NCBI RefSeq assembly: GCF_006345805.1
Contig: NC_043001.1
Span: 133,238,001 to 133,302,000 of the forward strand
Length of the DNA stretch: 64,000 nt
Source: Octopus sinensis
Taxonomy: Eukaryota
Direction of reading: 5' to 3'
The first letter of the stretch is position 1, and each line of letters begins with the position of its first letter. The translations under genes and the position numbers were made by a program. Positions 1-11,548 of this stretch are shown here, in pieces. The notes beneath the pieces were generated by a model. That model did not search any database and was not told where the DNA came from. It saw nothing but the letters and a program-made list of their open reading frames with translations.

Positions 1-404
1 CAGCAGAATCTGGAGCACGGGAAGGATCTGGGTGGGGCTGGAGGGTGAGGAGAAGGTGCTACAGACCAGAAGATCGCATAGGTTCCGGGCACATTTAAAG
101 GGGGACAAGGGTGGGTTGGGGAAAATGTGATGGGATGATGGGATCGAGCTGGAGACGATGGAAGGCCCATAGGATCCTCCGACAAAGGGGTAGGGTTGAG
201 GGGTGGTCCCATCTTTACATTCTGAGTTTCAGTTCTGTTGATGTTGACTTAGCCTTTCATCCTTTCAAAGTTGATATTTTAAGTACCAGTGAAACACTGG
301 GTTGGATGTAATCAACTAGTCCCCTCTCCTAAAATTCCAGGCCTTGTGCCTTTAGTAGAAAGGATTATTATTATTTTGAAAGCGGTGTAATGATAACAAT
401 AGTA

Positions 405-668
405 ATCATCATCATCATCATCATCATCATTTAATGTCTGTTTTCCATGCTAGCATGGGTTGGATGGTTCGACTGGGGTCTGGGAAGCCAGGGGCTGCTC
501 CAGGCTCCAGTCTGATCTGGCACAGTTTCTACAGCTGGATGCCCTTCCTAACGCCAACCACTCCGCGAGTGTAGTGGGTGCTTTTTATGTGCCACCGGCA
601 CAGAAGCCAGTCGGGGCGGCGCTGGCATCAGCCACATTCGGATAGTGCTTTTTATGTGCCACCGGCAC
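405..668 (-). mobile_element. RTE 3' UTR fragment
   Basis: (CAT)n followed by the same conserved 3' UTR. Confidence 0.75.
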
Positions 669-1169
669 AGGCATCACAGCTACTATTTCTATTGATATTT
701 ATTTCGACGTTCATGTTCATGTACTTGACTCAACAGGTCTCCTCAATAGTAATTATTATTATTGTTGTTATTATTGTCATTTTGTGTTTATTCCAAATTT
801 TCTGTTTTTATATGTTCTTGTACATTCTTTGTGTTATTTCTCAAATCATCGAAACAGCAAGAGAAATCTTTCAATGGAGAAACGTTCAGGTGACTCATGG
901 TTTGAGCTGTTCCACAATCACACCACAAAAGGGATTACATGTGTCTTCATTTCACTTTGGTGTCTCTGGTGAAGCCTAATCTAATTTGATGAAGACATTT
1001 AAAAATTACATTATGTGGAGTATGAGCTCTTTGACAAATTTTTTTGGATGAGCATTTTCATCACAACACTAGTCAAAAATGTTTTACAAATTATACAAAC
1101 TTCATTTTCAGTCTAATTTATACCCTTGACAGTAATATGCAGTTTATAAGTATGTAAAAATACAACAAT

Positions 1170-1569
1170 AGGCGCAGGAGTGGCTGTGTGGTAAGTAGCT
1201 TGCTAACCAACCACATGGTTCCGGGTTCAGTCCCACTGCGTAGCATCTTGGGTAAGTGTCTTCTGCTATAGCCCCAGGCCGACCAATGCCTTGTGAGTGG
1301 ATTTGGTAGACGGAAACTGAAAGAAGCCTGTCGTATATATGTATATATATTTATGTATGTGTGTGTTTGTCCCCCTAGCATTGCTTGACAACCGATGCTG
1401 GTGTGTTTACGTCCGCGTCACTTAGCGGTTTGGCAAAAGAGACCGATAGAATAAGTACTGGGCTTACAAAGAATAAGTGCCGTGGTCGATTTGCTCGACT
1501 AAAGGCAGTGCTCCAGCATGGCCGCAGTCAAATGACTGAAACAAGTAAAAGAGTAAAAGAGTAAAGAGT
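1170..1569 (+). mobile_element. tRNA-headed SINE family B (about 400 bp; internal TA/TG microsatellite; (GTAAAAGA)n tail)
   Basis: Head GGAGTGGCTGTGTGGTAAG...GGTTCAGTCCC. Multiple copies in the window. Confidence 0.88.
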
Positions 1570-1644
1570 AACTATATTATCAAAAGTTGATCGTTTTTTT
1601 TTTTAATACATACATACATATATATATGGTGTTTCTTCTGACAG

Positions 1645-1875
1645 GCCATTGAATATTCAAAAACAGTTCCCAAACCTGCAGTAAAACCAGTTCCTTTGAA
1701 AGAAGAGAAACAGAGACCAGTTCAGAAAACATCTCCTTTAAAAGATGATGCCCCAGTTTCGAAACCTTCTTCTATATTGTTTAAGACAGATGAAATTGAA
1801 AAGTTACGTGAGCAACACGAACAAGACAAGAAGGCTGCAGAAGCCATACGACAAAGATTAAATGTGAAAAGTTGA
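1645..1875 (+). CDS. JHY: Terminal coding exon of a JHY (C11orf63)-like protein; upstream exons lie outside the window or were not identified
   Basis: Acceptor ttcttctgacag at 1633-1644, phase 0, open to TGA at 1873-1875: AIEYSKTVPKPAVKP...EIEKLREQHEQDKKAAEAIRQRLNVKS*. Resembles the JHY C-terminal motifs ALEYAKTIPKP and RHEREKQAVAAF (recalled, not searched). Absent from the ORF track. Confidence 0.6.
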   Translation, partial: AIEYSKTVPKPAVKPVPLKEEKQRPVQKTSPLKDDAPVSKPSSILFKTDEIEKLREQHEQDKKAAEAIRQRLNVKS

Positions 1876-1974
1876 AAAAAGGCATCAAAATCCAGGTAAC
1901 TGAACAATACAGATCAACACTGATCTGTTGGGACCCCAGCATTATATACACACATATATATACACAATCTGAAT

Positions 1975-2054
1975 AATATATATATATATATCAACACTGA
2001 CCTATTAATACACATATATCTCTATTTGTGTATGTGTATGTAAATATATATAAG

Positions 2055-2099
<45 letters not shown>

Positions 2100-2257
2100 G
2101 TGTATATATATATGTATATATATATATGTATATATATATGTATCTATATATATATATATATATATATGTTATATATATATATCTATATATATATGTTATA
2201 TATATATATGTATATATATACATATGTATATATACATATATATATACATATATTTAC

Positions 2258-2306
<49 letters not shown>

Positions 2307-2311
2307 ATATA

Positions 2312-2350
<39 letters not shown>

Positions 2351-2445
2351 TAATATATATATATAATATATATATATATTATATATATATATGTATATAT
2401 ATATGCCAGCATGGACAACGGACATTAAATATATATATATATATA
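1975..2445. repeat. (TA)n-rich compound microsatellite
   Basis: Direct inspection; source of the Y/I-rich ORFs. Confidence 0.95.
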
Positions 2446-2887
2446 GTAAACAAGAACAAAACTAATCAGCTGAACAATATATATATCAATACCGATCTGT
2501 TTGAATAGATTAACTTTTCAGTTTCTAATACTGCCATAACCACCACTTCAAATGTACAGTATTTTTCTAGCCTGGTGTCTATATTCAATTAAATCTGATA
2601 TTATTCAGATTACATGTCTATTAGATTCAGTTGTGAAAAGACAAAAAAATATCCAGTCATATGGAAAAGACTTCTATTGAATACTTTATCAATCCAAATA
2701 TACACACACACACACATACATACTCGTGTGTGTGTATATTTATCTATATTTGTCTATCTATATATTTACACACACACATGTATACATATATATATATATG
2801 CACACATATGACTTCACAAATATTGAATTTGACTTGTAATAATAAATCTCTAATAAAAAATATCTTGTATTTGTTTTATTTTGTAAT

Positions 2888-3269
2888 GTGGAGGCGCAAT
2901 GGCCCAGTGGTCAGGGCAGTGGACTTGCGGTCGTAGGATCGCGGTTTCGATTCCCAGACCGGGCGTTGTGAGTGTTTATTGAGCGAAAACACCTAAAAGC
3001 TCCACGAGGCTCCGCAGGGGATGGTGGTGGTGATCCTTGCTGTACTCTTTCACCACAACTTTCTCTCTTACTTCCTGTTTCTGTTGTACCTGTATTTCAA
3101 AGGGCCGGCCTTGTCACTCTCTGTGTCACGCTGAATGTCCCCAAGAACTGCGTTAAGGGTACACGTGTCTGTGGAGTGCTCAGCCACTTACACGTTAATT
3201 TCACAAGCAGGCTGTTCCGTTGATCAGATCAACCAGAACCCTCGTTGTCGTAACCAACGGAGTGCTTCC
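2888..3269 (+). mobile_element. tRNA-headed SINE family A (about 380 bp)
   Basis: A box TGGCCCAGTGG and B box GGTTTCGATTCC. High-identity copies throughout the window. Confidence 0.88.
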
Positions 3270-4142
3270 TCCCTCCTTTATTTTGTCATGCTTGACATAT
3301 TGAGCAGTCATTGTGGTTGTGGTGCAGTTGTGTTCCCTGGTAAAATATCCTGTGGTGTTATGTTACCATTTTGTTATGGCAATATTTTTTACTTTGTTAA
3401 AGCAGCTAGCTGGCAGAGATGTTAGCACGTCGGGCGAAATACTTAGCAGTATTTTGTCTATCTTTATTTTCTGAGTTCAAATTCTGCCAAGATCGACTTT
3501 GCCTTTCATCCTTTCAGGGTCGATAAATTAAGCACCAGTTACATATTAGGGTCGATCTAATCAACTGGCCCCCTCCCCAATAATTTTGGACTTTGTGCCT
3601 AGAGTAGAAAAGAAAAGAATATTTTTTATTTTGTCATATGTAATCATTGCAAGTTCTCTCTTCCGCTACTTCTACCTTCTCTCACCAATCATTCTGCCAA
3701 ATGCTTCGCATTCTTTTTTCTCATTCTGTTATTCCGGCTCTTTTATCATCAAGCTCTCTTATATTCACAGTCACATTACCTTTATCAAATTGGGATATAA
3801 AGTAGAATAGTGAGGACTCTTTAATTTTGTTGGGGTAAAATATAACATCCTTAGAGCTGATGCAATGATAACATGCACCCAATATACTCCGTAAAATAGT
3901 TGGTATTTGGGAGTTCAGCTACAGAAACCATGCCAGAAGACCAGATATACAAGTGACCTATCTTGAAAAATAATTCTGAATAAGAATTGACTCAGAGTAT
4001 GACAACCCAATTTGGTTCATGACAGCAAGGAAAGTGGATGTAAAATGATGTTGATTTATATCTTTGTGTTGCCATTAATATCGTAATGTTACAAATTTCA
4101 TTTAATGTCAAGAAGTAACCCAATGAATATAGTTAGGTTTAA

Positions 4143-4354
4143 CCCTTTAGCATTCAGATTTTTCTATCAAATATAATACTTATTTATTCACTTTGTTTTG
4201 AATAAATTAAACATTACCTTGTAGCTTTTGAGATTTTGATGATGTGAACACTTATTTTTTAGAGTGACATAGTAGAGTAGGTGTAAGTGGCCAGATCTGA
4301 TTAGTTTGAACATAAAACAAGTAGAATAGTGTGGCCGGTTTGAATGCGAAAGGG
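4143..4354. mobile_element. piggyBac-type MITE
   Basis: TTAA|CCCTTTAGCATTCA...TGAATGCGAAAGGG|TTAA. Confidence 0.8.
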
Positions 4355-4616
4355 TTAAGCTTTGACCACTGATAGGTCAATGAATCATTGTAAAACATAC
4401 TGAGAATGGTAAGTAAAATCCCAAGCTGGCGATTGGAAGAGGAGGCTGTCCTCTCAACCAATATGCTGCTGTGGGTGCCACTGGATGATGGACTGTGGTG
4501 ATGATGTTATTCCGTGCTTTCTGATCCATGGTGCTGGCCTTAGCATTCTTGAGGTCAAGACTCTGCAACTTCAGGTTTTCTCATTTTGCTTCGCCCATGT
4601 ATTCTTTGGTGCACTA

Positions 4617-4999
4617 GTGGAGGCGCAATGGCCCAGTGGTTAGGGCAGCGGACTCGCGGTCGTAGGATCGCGGTTTCGATTCCCAGACCGGGCGTTGTGA
4701 GTGTTTATTGAGCGAAAACACCTAAAGTTCCACGAGGCTCCGGCAGGGATGGTGGTGATCCCTGCTGTACTCTTTCAACACAACTTTCTCTCACTCTTAC
4801 TTCCTGTTTCTGTTGTACCTGTATTTCAAAGGGCCGGCCTTGTCACTCTCTGTGTCACGCTGAATATCCCCGAGAACTACGTTAAGGGTACACATGTCTG
4901 TGGAGTGCTCAGCCACTTACACGTTAATTTTACGAGCAGGCTGTTCCGTTGATTCGGATCAACTGGAACCCTCGTTGTCGTAACCGACGGAGTGCTTCC
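4617..4999 (+). mobile_element. SINE family A
   Basis: Full-length copy. Confidence 0.88.
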
Positions 5000-5549
5000 C
5001 CTTTGGTGCACTGCACTGGATTCTCCAGTGCTGGGGTCGCTGCTGCTGCCATGGAAGTTGGTCTGGTGCCCATCCTGCAGATGTAGCATGTGCTGTGGGA
5101 CTTGGTCTTCAATGGTTGGTTGCTGCTGTGCTGGCAGAGAGAGACACACCAAGGATCTGATGAAGACACTACATTTGGAACACTGTGAGCTTCTTCAGGT
5201 CCTGTTTGAGGATGATCCAGGTTTCAATACTATAGTGGAGGACAGACAGAACCAGTGTCTGGAAAAGATGGATTTTGGTCCTTAGGGAGATGTTGGGCTT
5301 CTTCCAGATATGCCATTGAAGGAATGCGAAAGCAAAAGTTGCAGACCCAATTCAAGAGTTGATCTCTGCTTCTGACACCTCTTTCTTCTCCACAACCAGT
5401 GAGCTGAGATATTTGAACACCTGGGCCTGCTCAGTCTGACCAAACCTTTTGTTAGTGATGCTGTACAATAGAACCATAACACTTTAAATCTCATGTAACC
5501 ATTCTGCTTGAGTTACAATTTGTAACACTATGAAGATCACATCTTTGTA

Positions 5550-5786
5550 ATACCTATTTCTTTATTATCCACAAGGGGCTAAACACAGAGGGGACAAACA
5601 AGGACAGACATAGGTATTAAGTCGATTACATCGACCCCAGTGAGTAACTGGTACTTAATTTATTGACCCCGAAAGGATGAAAGGCAAAGTCGACCTCGGC
5701 GGAATTTGAACTCACAACGTAACGCAGACGAAATACCGCAAAGCATTTCGCCCGGCTTGCTAATGTTTCTGCCAGCTCACCGCCTT
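5550..5786 (-). mobile_element. SINE family C (about 230 bp)
   Basis: GGCGAGCTGGCAGAAACGTTAGCA...GAGTTCAAATTCC...AATAAAGAAATAGG consensus. Other copies at about 3405-3605, 10053-10274 and 41400-41631 (+). Confidence 0.85.
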
Positions 5787-6029
5787 TCTTTGTAATACCA
5801 ATGATGTAATCTTCCTAGTTAGGCAACTACAGGAGAAATGCTTGGCTAAGAATAAATTACTATTCCTGGTTTTCATTGATTTGGAGAAGGCATCTGACAG
5901 GATACCACATTCAGTAACTTTGAGACTGGAAGATAAATATGAGTTGAAAGCTATCATTCATTTATGCATGCATATGTATTCAAATCTGACTAATTTTCCA
6001 TGAGAAGTCTTAAAAGGTGCTTTATTTAA

Positions 6030-6250
6030 CCCTTTGGTGTTTAAGCTGGCCATATCCGGCCCAAATATCCTACAAGTTTTACATTCAAACTGGCCATATC
6101 TAGCCCCTCACACCTAACCTACATTGACATTCTAAGAATAAACTATCACACCATCGAAACTTCAAAGCTGTAAGATAATGTATGATTAATTGAAAATAAT
6201 TTGAGTGAAAAAAGTATTACATTTAACAGATTAATCTGAACACTAAAGGG
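6030..6250. mobile_element. piggyBac-type MITE
   Basis: TTAA|CCCTTTGGTGTT...AACACTAAAGGG|TTAA. Same family as 46965-47183. Confidence 0.85.
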
Positions 6251-6290
6251 TTAAAGAAAATACAATGAGCATTTAGAAAATGTTTAACTT

Positions 6291-6296
6291 TTTATT
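6291..6296 (-). promoter_or_regulatory. Probable MRPL41 polyadenylation signal
   Basis: AATAAA on the minus strand about 70 nt downstream of the MRPL41 stop. Confidence 0.55.
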
Positions 6297-6367
6297 TTAC
6301 TTAAAATGAGAAAATTCAATATTTGACAATAAATAGAACTGTAAAATTTCTTTAACACTTGTGGCTA

Positions 6368-6490
6368 TCATCTTTTGCTGGCATTGTGTTCTTCAATTAT
6401 TGAAGGTGCGTAACAGGCATCAAACAATTCTTTAGCAGTGAACTGTGACTGTACAACATCAGGAACTTTGTAAGAGACATATGGCTTCAG
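6368..6490 (-). CDS. MRPL41: MRPL41 exon 3 (terminal)
   Basis: Acceptor ttttctttctaatccacag, phase 0: LKPYVSYKVPDVVQSQFTAKELFDACYAPSIIEEHNASKR*. LKPYVSY is the mL41 hallmark. Spliced product is 129 aa. Confidence 0.92.
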   Translation of the reverse strand: MKPYVSYKVPDVVQSQFTAKELFDACYAPSIIEEHNASKR

Positions 6491-6615
6491 CTGTGGATTA
6501 GAAAGAAAATCATGTATTAAATATTATCGATAACAAGATTATATCACTTTATGTCATTTCTTTTCCTTTTGCTTCATTCTAATATATATTTTTTTTGTTT
6601 TTATTTAAATACACC

Positions 6616-7035
6616 ACCGATGCCAACCCCGCCTCGAATGGCTTCTGTGCCGGTGGCACATAAAAAGTACCATCCGAATGTGGCCGATGCCAGCACCGCC
6701 TCGACTGGCTTCTGTGCCGGTGGCACATAAAAAGCACCATCCGAACGTGGCCGATGCCAGCACCGCCTCGACTGGCTTCTGTGCCGGTGGCACATAAAAA
6801 GCACCAACCGATCGTGACCGATGCCAGACCCCTCTGGCACCTGTGCAGGTGGCACGTAAAAAGCACCCACTACACTCGCGGAGTGGTTGGCGTTAGGAAG
6901 GGCATCCAGCTGTAGAAACACTGCCAGATCAGACTGGAGCCTGGAGCAGCCCCTGGCTCCCCAGACCCCGGTCAAACCGTCCAACCCGTGCTAGTGCGGA
7001 AAACAGACGTTAAACAATGATGATGATGATGATGA
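6616..7035 (+). mobile_element. RTE 3' UTR fragment containing a 67-bp tandem repeat (about 4 units)
   Basis: ccgatgcc recurs at 6617, 6684, 6751 and 6818. Ends in (GAT)n. Confidence 0.8.
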
Positions 7036-7314
7036 TATATTTCATAAATAGATAATATCAATAAAGTCCCAAGGTCAACTACAGACAGTGAAACAGGATG
7101 TATTAAGCCTGACGTTTGATTGCAAACAATATGCAAAAGTCAATTGTATCTATAGACAATACATTACATATTTAGAGCAGAAGATGTAATAGACAACAGC
7201 ATAATTCCAGGGTGTTTTAGTAAAGTCGATAATATACGTATCAAACTGAATTTAAGATATTTATTTCTCAGTCAGTTGTCTTACAAAAAATACAAATGCT
7301 ACAACCATAACAGA

Positions 7315-8245
7315 TTCATCATCATCATCGTTTAACATCTGTTTTAGATGCTGGCATAGATTGGATGGTTCAACTGGGGTCTGGGAAGCCAGGAGGCTGT
7401 ACCAGGCTCCAATCTGATCTGGCAATGTTTCTACAGCTGGATGCCCTTCCTAACGCCAACCACTCTGAGAGTGTAGTGGGTGTTTATGTGCAATAAGTAC
7501 TGGGGTCAACTCATTCAACCAAAATTCTCCAAGGCGATGCCCCAGCATGGCCACAGTCTAATGACTGAAACAAGTAAAAGATAAAAGATGACCCAGAATA
7601 ATATTAAGATGTTAGTGAGTGAAACTGTACTAATCAACCAGGTTTCCTTTAGCTACAATCTAAAATGTATGAGTGTAGCAGCAGCTTCAATATCAGCAGA
7701 TACCCTCAGGAATGGGGCTACTGCAGTTTTGCACTACACCTTTTTTGAAAAACTTTCTTCAGATTCCTGGGTTTTAGATTTTGAAAATTAAGAATATGCA
7801 AAAAAGAAACATCATCATCATCATCATCGTTTAATGTCTGCTTTCCATGCTAGCATGGGTTGGACGAATGACTGAGGGCTGGCGAACCAGATGGCTGCAC
7901 CAGGCTTCAATCTTGATCTGCCAGAGTTTCTACAGCTGGATGCCCTTCCTAACGCCAACCACTCTGAGAGTGTAGTGGGTGCTTTTACGTGCTACCGGCA
8001 TGGAGCCAGTCAGGCGGTACTGCAACAACCTCGCTCGAATCTTTTACACTTGCCAGTAAGGTGATGCTGGTAACAATCACGCTTGAATGGTGTCGTTTAC
8101 ATGCCACCGGCACGGAGGCCAGATAGCCGCTCTGGCAACGATCACGCTCGGATGGTGCTCTTAATACCCTACTAGCACGGGGCTTGAGTGCCAGTAAGGC
8201 GACACTGGTAATGATCACGCTCGAATGGTGCCTTTTAAGTGCCAC
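7315..8245 (-). mobile_element. Two RTE 3' UTR fragments
   Basis: Start with (CAT)n and carry ctacagctggatgcccttcctaacgccaaccac at about 7315-7490 and 7810-8245. Confidence 0.75.
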
Positions 8246-8529
8246 ATTTTCAAAATTTTAAACCCCACTGCCAATTTAAAACTTTCTTTCGAAATTTTGT
8301 TTTTCCAATCTACATGGAAGAATACAGGGATACAGAATATCAAAACAACAATTTCTACAGTTTAGCCAAATGAATATAGAAAGTGCACTTGACATATCTG
8401 CTTTAATGAAATTTCCACACTTCAATATACAACAAACAATACATTAAAAATCGAAAGTGAAATGATTATCAAATAAACGATCTACAATTTATAGATACAT
8501 GAAGCAATGTAATGCCAGACATGATAAAA

Positions 8530-9030
8530 TGCATTTGTTCCAAATTGCCGAGCCCACATAAATTCAGGTAAATGCTGGTCAATTAGTTGTCTATTTGTGG
8601 GTCCATTCATTGCTTTAAATTTGGCTTTAGCGTTTGCCCACATAACTTCTGCTGAGTTTCTATGGCAACCAGTAAAGGGGTCAACAAAATTATTAGAATG
8701 GTTGACACTGTAATGTTCTTATACGAACCCCATTTATCGGAATATATTACTGATCCCGGCTCAATCCATTCTTTTATCAATGGCAACAAAGTTTCTTCTT
8801 TCCTATCAGCAACAGAAATAAGAAATCCTTTTTTATCTGCTTTGCAATATCCTCCAAAAATCCATTGCTCTTTTACCAATGAAGCCCACGTTATATTTCT
8901 TTTTTGCAAACAATGATTCATCAATTCCTACAATGATGTTGTGTCCACCTATTTTTGTAGGGTTGTTTATAACTCGCTCAACTGTTACATCTCTGCAAAG
9001 CTGGATTGTGGCACATGTCTTCACTAACAC
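8530..9030 (-). pseudogene. Decayed Merlin/IS1595 (ISXO2-like) DDE transposase fragment inside MRPL41 intron 2
   Basis: Across two frameshifts: KIGGHNIIVGIDESLFAKKKYNVG / SLVKEQWIFGG...LLPLIKEWIEPGSVIYSDKWGSY / HYSVNHSNNFVDPFTGCHRNSAEVMWANAK...EFMWARQF. Confidence 0.85.
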
Positions 9031-9556
9031 ATGTTATGGAGCATTGCTTTATGGTTGTATATTACACTTAACTGGTAATGCAAAGATAAAAACATTAAAA
9101 ATAGAGACCCATGGACATATTTACAAAGTAAGAAAACAGCACAGCTCCGATGACTTCAGGAAACATATTTTCACGCTGAGAGTTGCTGAAGCATGGAACA
9201 AACTGCCGGCATCAGTTGTTAGTTGTCGGAGCACTGCATCCTTCAAAACTTCCATGCTTCCTGAGATTCGCCAACACTACACTTGATTTTCTCCCCTCCA
9301 TACACACACAAGCATGTATCTGACTCATACATTGTTCGCTTTCCAGACATTTCTACATTACTGCATGTACTTTATATGCACTTTCTGACAAGTTGTGGTG
9401 CACCTAAGCACTGTATACAATAATTTCATTATTATATATAACATTCACTTATATGAGAGGTGTAATATTAAAACTGAAGAATTATCTGAGATATCAAACG
9501 AGATGAAAGAGATATTTTCTTGGTTTTACAGTGAAAGAGATGAAATATTTTCTTGC

Positions 9557-9657
9557 CTCACAATCTGTAAGATCAGGAACAACAATATTTGGTATCATTT
9601 CAGGAATAATGCAGTACTTCCCAGTTTTTCTGGAAAATCCACCAACTTCAGGTACAA
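9557..9657 (-). CDS. MRPL41: MRPL41 exon 2
   Basis: Acceptor ttttattttgttttttag, phase 1: (I)VPEVGGFSRKTGKYCIIPEMIPNIVVPDLTDCE. Carries the mL41 signature EMxPxxVVPDL. Ends GAG|GCAAGA (GC donor). Confidence 0.92.
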
Positions 9658-9769
9658 CTAAAAAACAAAATAAAAAAGGGGAAAATTTCTTGTGTGTCTT
9701 GTTATACAGGTAGACATCCTAATAACCAATTATAGTATAAAACTGAATCTTTGATTTTTGTATTATTAG

Positions 9770-10875
9770 CAAAGGTAGCCTGTATGATGCCGGTGTGTGA
9801 ACAGCCATGCTACAAGGCAGTGAAACATGGGCTGCGACTGCTGAGGACAAGCATAAACTTCAAAGAAATGAAGCAAGTATGCTCCACTGGATGTTTAATG
9901 TCTGTGTGCATACACGACAGAGTGTAAGCACCCTGAGAAAAAAGTTGGACATATGAAGCATCAGATGTGTTGTGCAAGAGAGATGACTGCGCTAGTATGG
10001 TCATGTGATGTGTATAGAGGAGGACAGACAGCTGTGTGAAGAAGTGTCACACGGCGAGCTGGCAGAAACGTTAGCACGCCAGGCGAAATGCTTAGCGGTA
10101 TTTCGTCTGCCGTTACGTTGTGAGTTCAAATTCCACCGAGGTCGACTTATCCTTTCAGGGTCGATAAATTAAGTACCAGTTACGCACTGGGGTCGATGTA
10201 ATCGATTTAATACCTATGTCTGTCCTTGTTTGTCCCCTCTGTGTTTAGCCCCTTGTGGGTAATAAAGAAATAGGTAACAGTGGAGGGAACCTGTGGAAGA
10301 CGTAGATGCAGGAAGACATGGGAAGAGGTGGTGAAGCACGACCTTTAAATGTTGGGCCTCACAGAGGCAATGACAAGCGACTGAGACCTTTGAAGACATG
10401 CCGTGCTTGAGAAGACCCGGCAAGCCAAGTAAGATCGTAGTCATGGCCGATACCAGTGTTGTATAACTGGTCTGCTTAAAAGCACCCTTCAATTGTTGGG
10501 CAATATGTTGTGCTTGTGAAGACATGTTGAACCAAGTGAAATCGTAGCTGTGGCCGATGCCAGTGCTGTCTGACAGGCACCCATACCAGTGGAACGTAGC
10601 ACCATTCAAGTGTGACTGATGCCAGTGCCACCTGACTGGCACCCGTGCTGGTGGCACGTAAAAAGCACCATTTGGGCATGGCCAATACCAGTGGCATGTA
10701 AAAGCACCCACTACACTCTCGGGGCAGTTAGTGTTAGGAAGGGCATCCAGCTGTAGAAACCTTGCCAAATCAGACTGGAGCCTGGTGCAGCCTTCTGGCT
10801 TGCCAGTTCTCAGTCAAACTGTCCAACCCTTGCCAGCATAGAAAGCAGACATTACAAGTCAGCGACGATGATGAG
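9770..10875 (+). mobile_element. RTE-clade LINE 3' fragment with an inserted SINE
   Basis: AMLQGSETWAA...KKCH / TVEGTCGR...LGLTEAMTSD, then the 3' UTR and gatgatga tail. Confidence 0.8.
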
Positions 10876-11148
10876 AATATTAGGTCAGATCTGTTGGATA
10901 AACTTTGTTACAAAGTTCCACAAGGAAATACAATGCTTCTACAACAATTTACACGAACATACATAAACAGACACGATAGAATCAGTATTGTTTCCATTTC
11001 ATTTTTCAACTTATGTTATTTCTTTTACTCATGACCATTGTTTTAATGTCCAATTTTCCATGCTTACATGGTTCAGATGGAATTTGTTGAGGTGGATTTT
11101 TCTACAGCTGGATGCCCTTCATGTCACCAACTCTCAACTATATTAAGA

Positions 11149-11548
11149 CTAGCAGCATAGCCCGGCGTTGCCCGGGTATGTAAGAGCCCCTAGTAGGCAA
11201 CGACTAATCCCAATCTAGTTCTTTCCCTCTAGGGAACGAAGGCGCATGTGTAGGTTGCAATGTCTTCTCTTCACTCGAATACTTCTGTGTATACGATGTT
11301 CCTAGCTGTCTCCCGACAGAAAATGTGTGGCATATAAAAAGCTTAGATTCTCGACCCCATGTCGAATTTATCGATCTTTTTCAGAACTGGGGGAACTTTT
11401 CAAAATTTTCGCTGCGTTAGTTTTGAATTATGACATTGGGCTATGTGTGTGTCAAGTTTCATCAGAATCGGTTGAAAGCCGTGGCCAGGGTGAGGGTACA
11501 ACCTGACAGACACACAGACACACAAACTGCCATTTATATATATAGAGA
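11149..11548 (-). mobile_element. Non-autonomous Helitron, second family
   Basis: On minus: A|TCTCTATATATATAAAT...CCCGGGCAACGCCGGG hairpin...GCTAG|T. Interior is unrelated to the 15660/36737 family. Confidence 0.8.

Noticed and set aside
830-895. Possible penultimate JHY exon (...aaacag|caagagaaatc...gttcag|gtgact)
   Set aside because: Weak acceptor; the phase-0 reading shows no recognisable JHY similarity. Left unassigned.
2005-2508. Y/I-rich ORFs, and the MYVC/HTYI ORFs at 42.9-43.4, 54.7-56.1 and 62-63.4 kb (up to 411 aa)
   Set aside because: Translations of microsatellites that happen to lack stop codons.
2888-2965. SINE heads as tRNA genes
   Set aside because: A and B boxes are present, but each head runs into a conserved SINE body and tail, and I could not see a complete cloverleaf.
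4701-4952. Recurrent MFIERKHLK / MVVIPAVLF / MSSNARGT ORFs
   Set aside because: Chance ORFs inside SINE A and SINE B, repeated with each copy.
6616-6860. 67-bp repeats as a CRISPR array
   Set aside because: Head-to-tail units with no unique spacers, part of an RTE 3' UTR, eukaryotic context, no cas genes.
9532-9651. Plus-strand exon-like segment (KEMKYFLASQSVRSG...)
   Set aside because: It is the antisense of MRPL41 exon 2, which explains the sequence fully.
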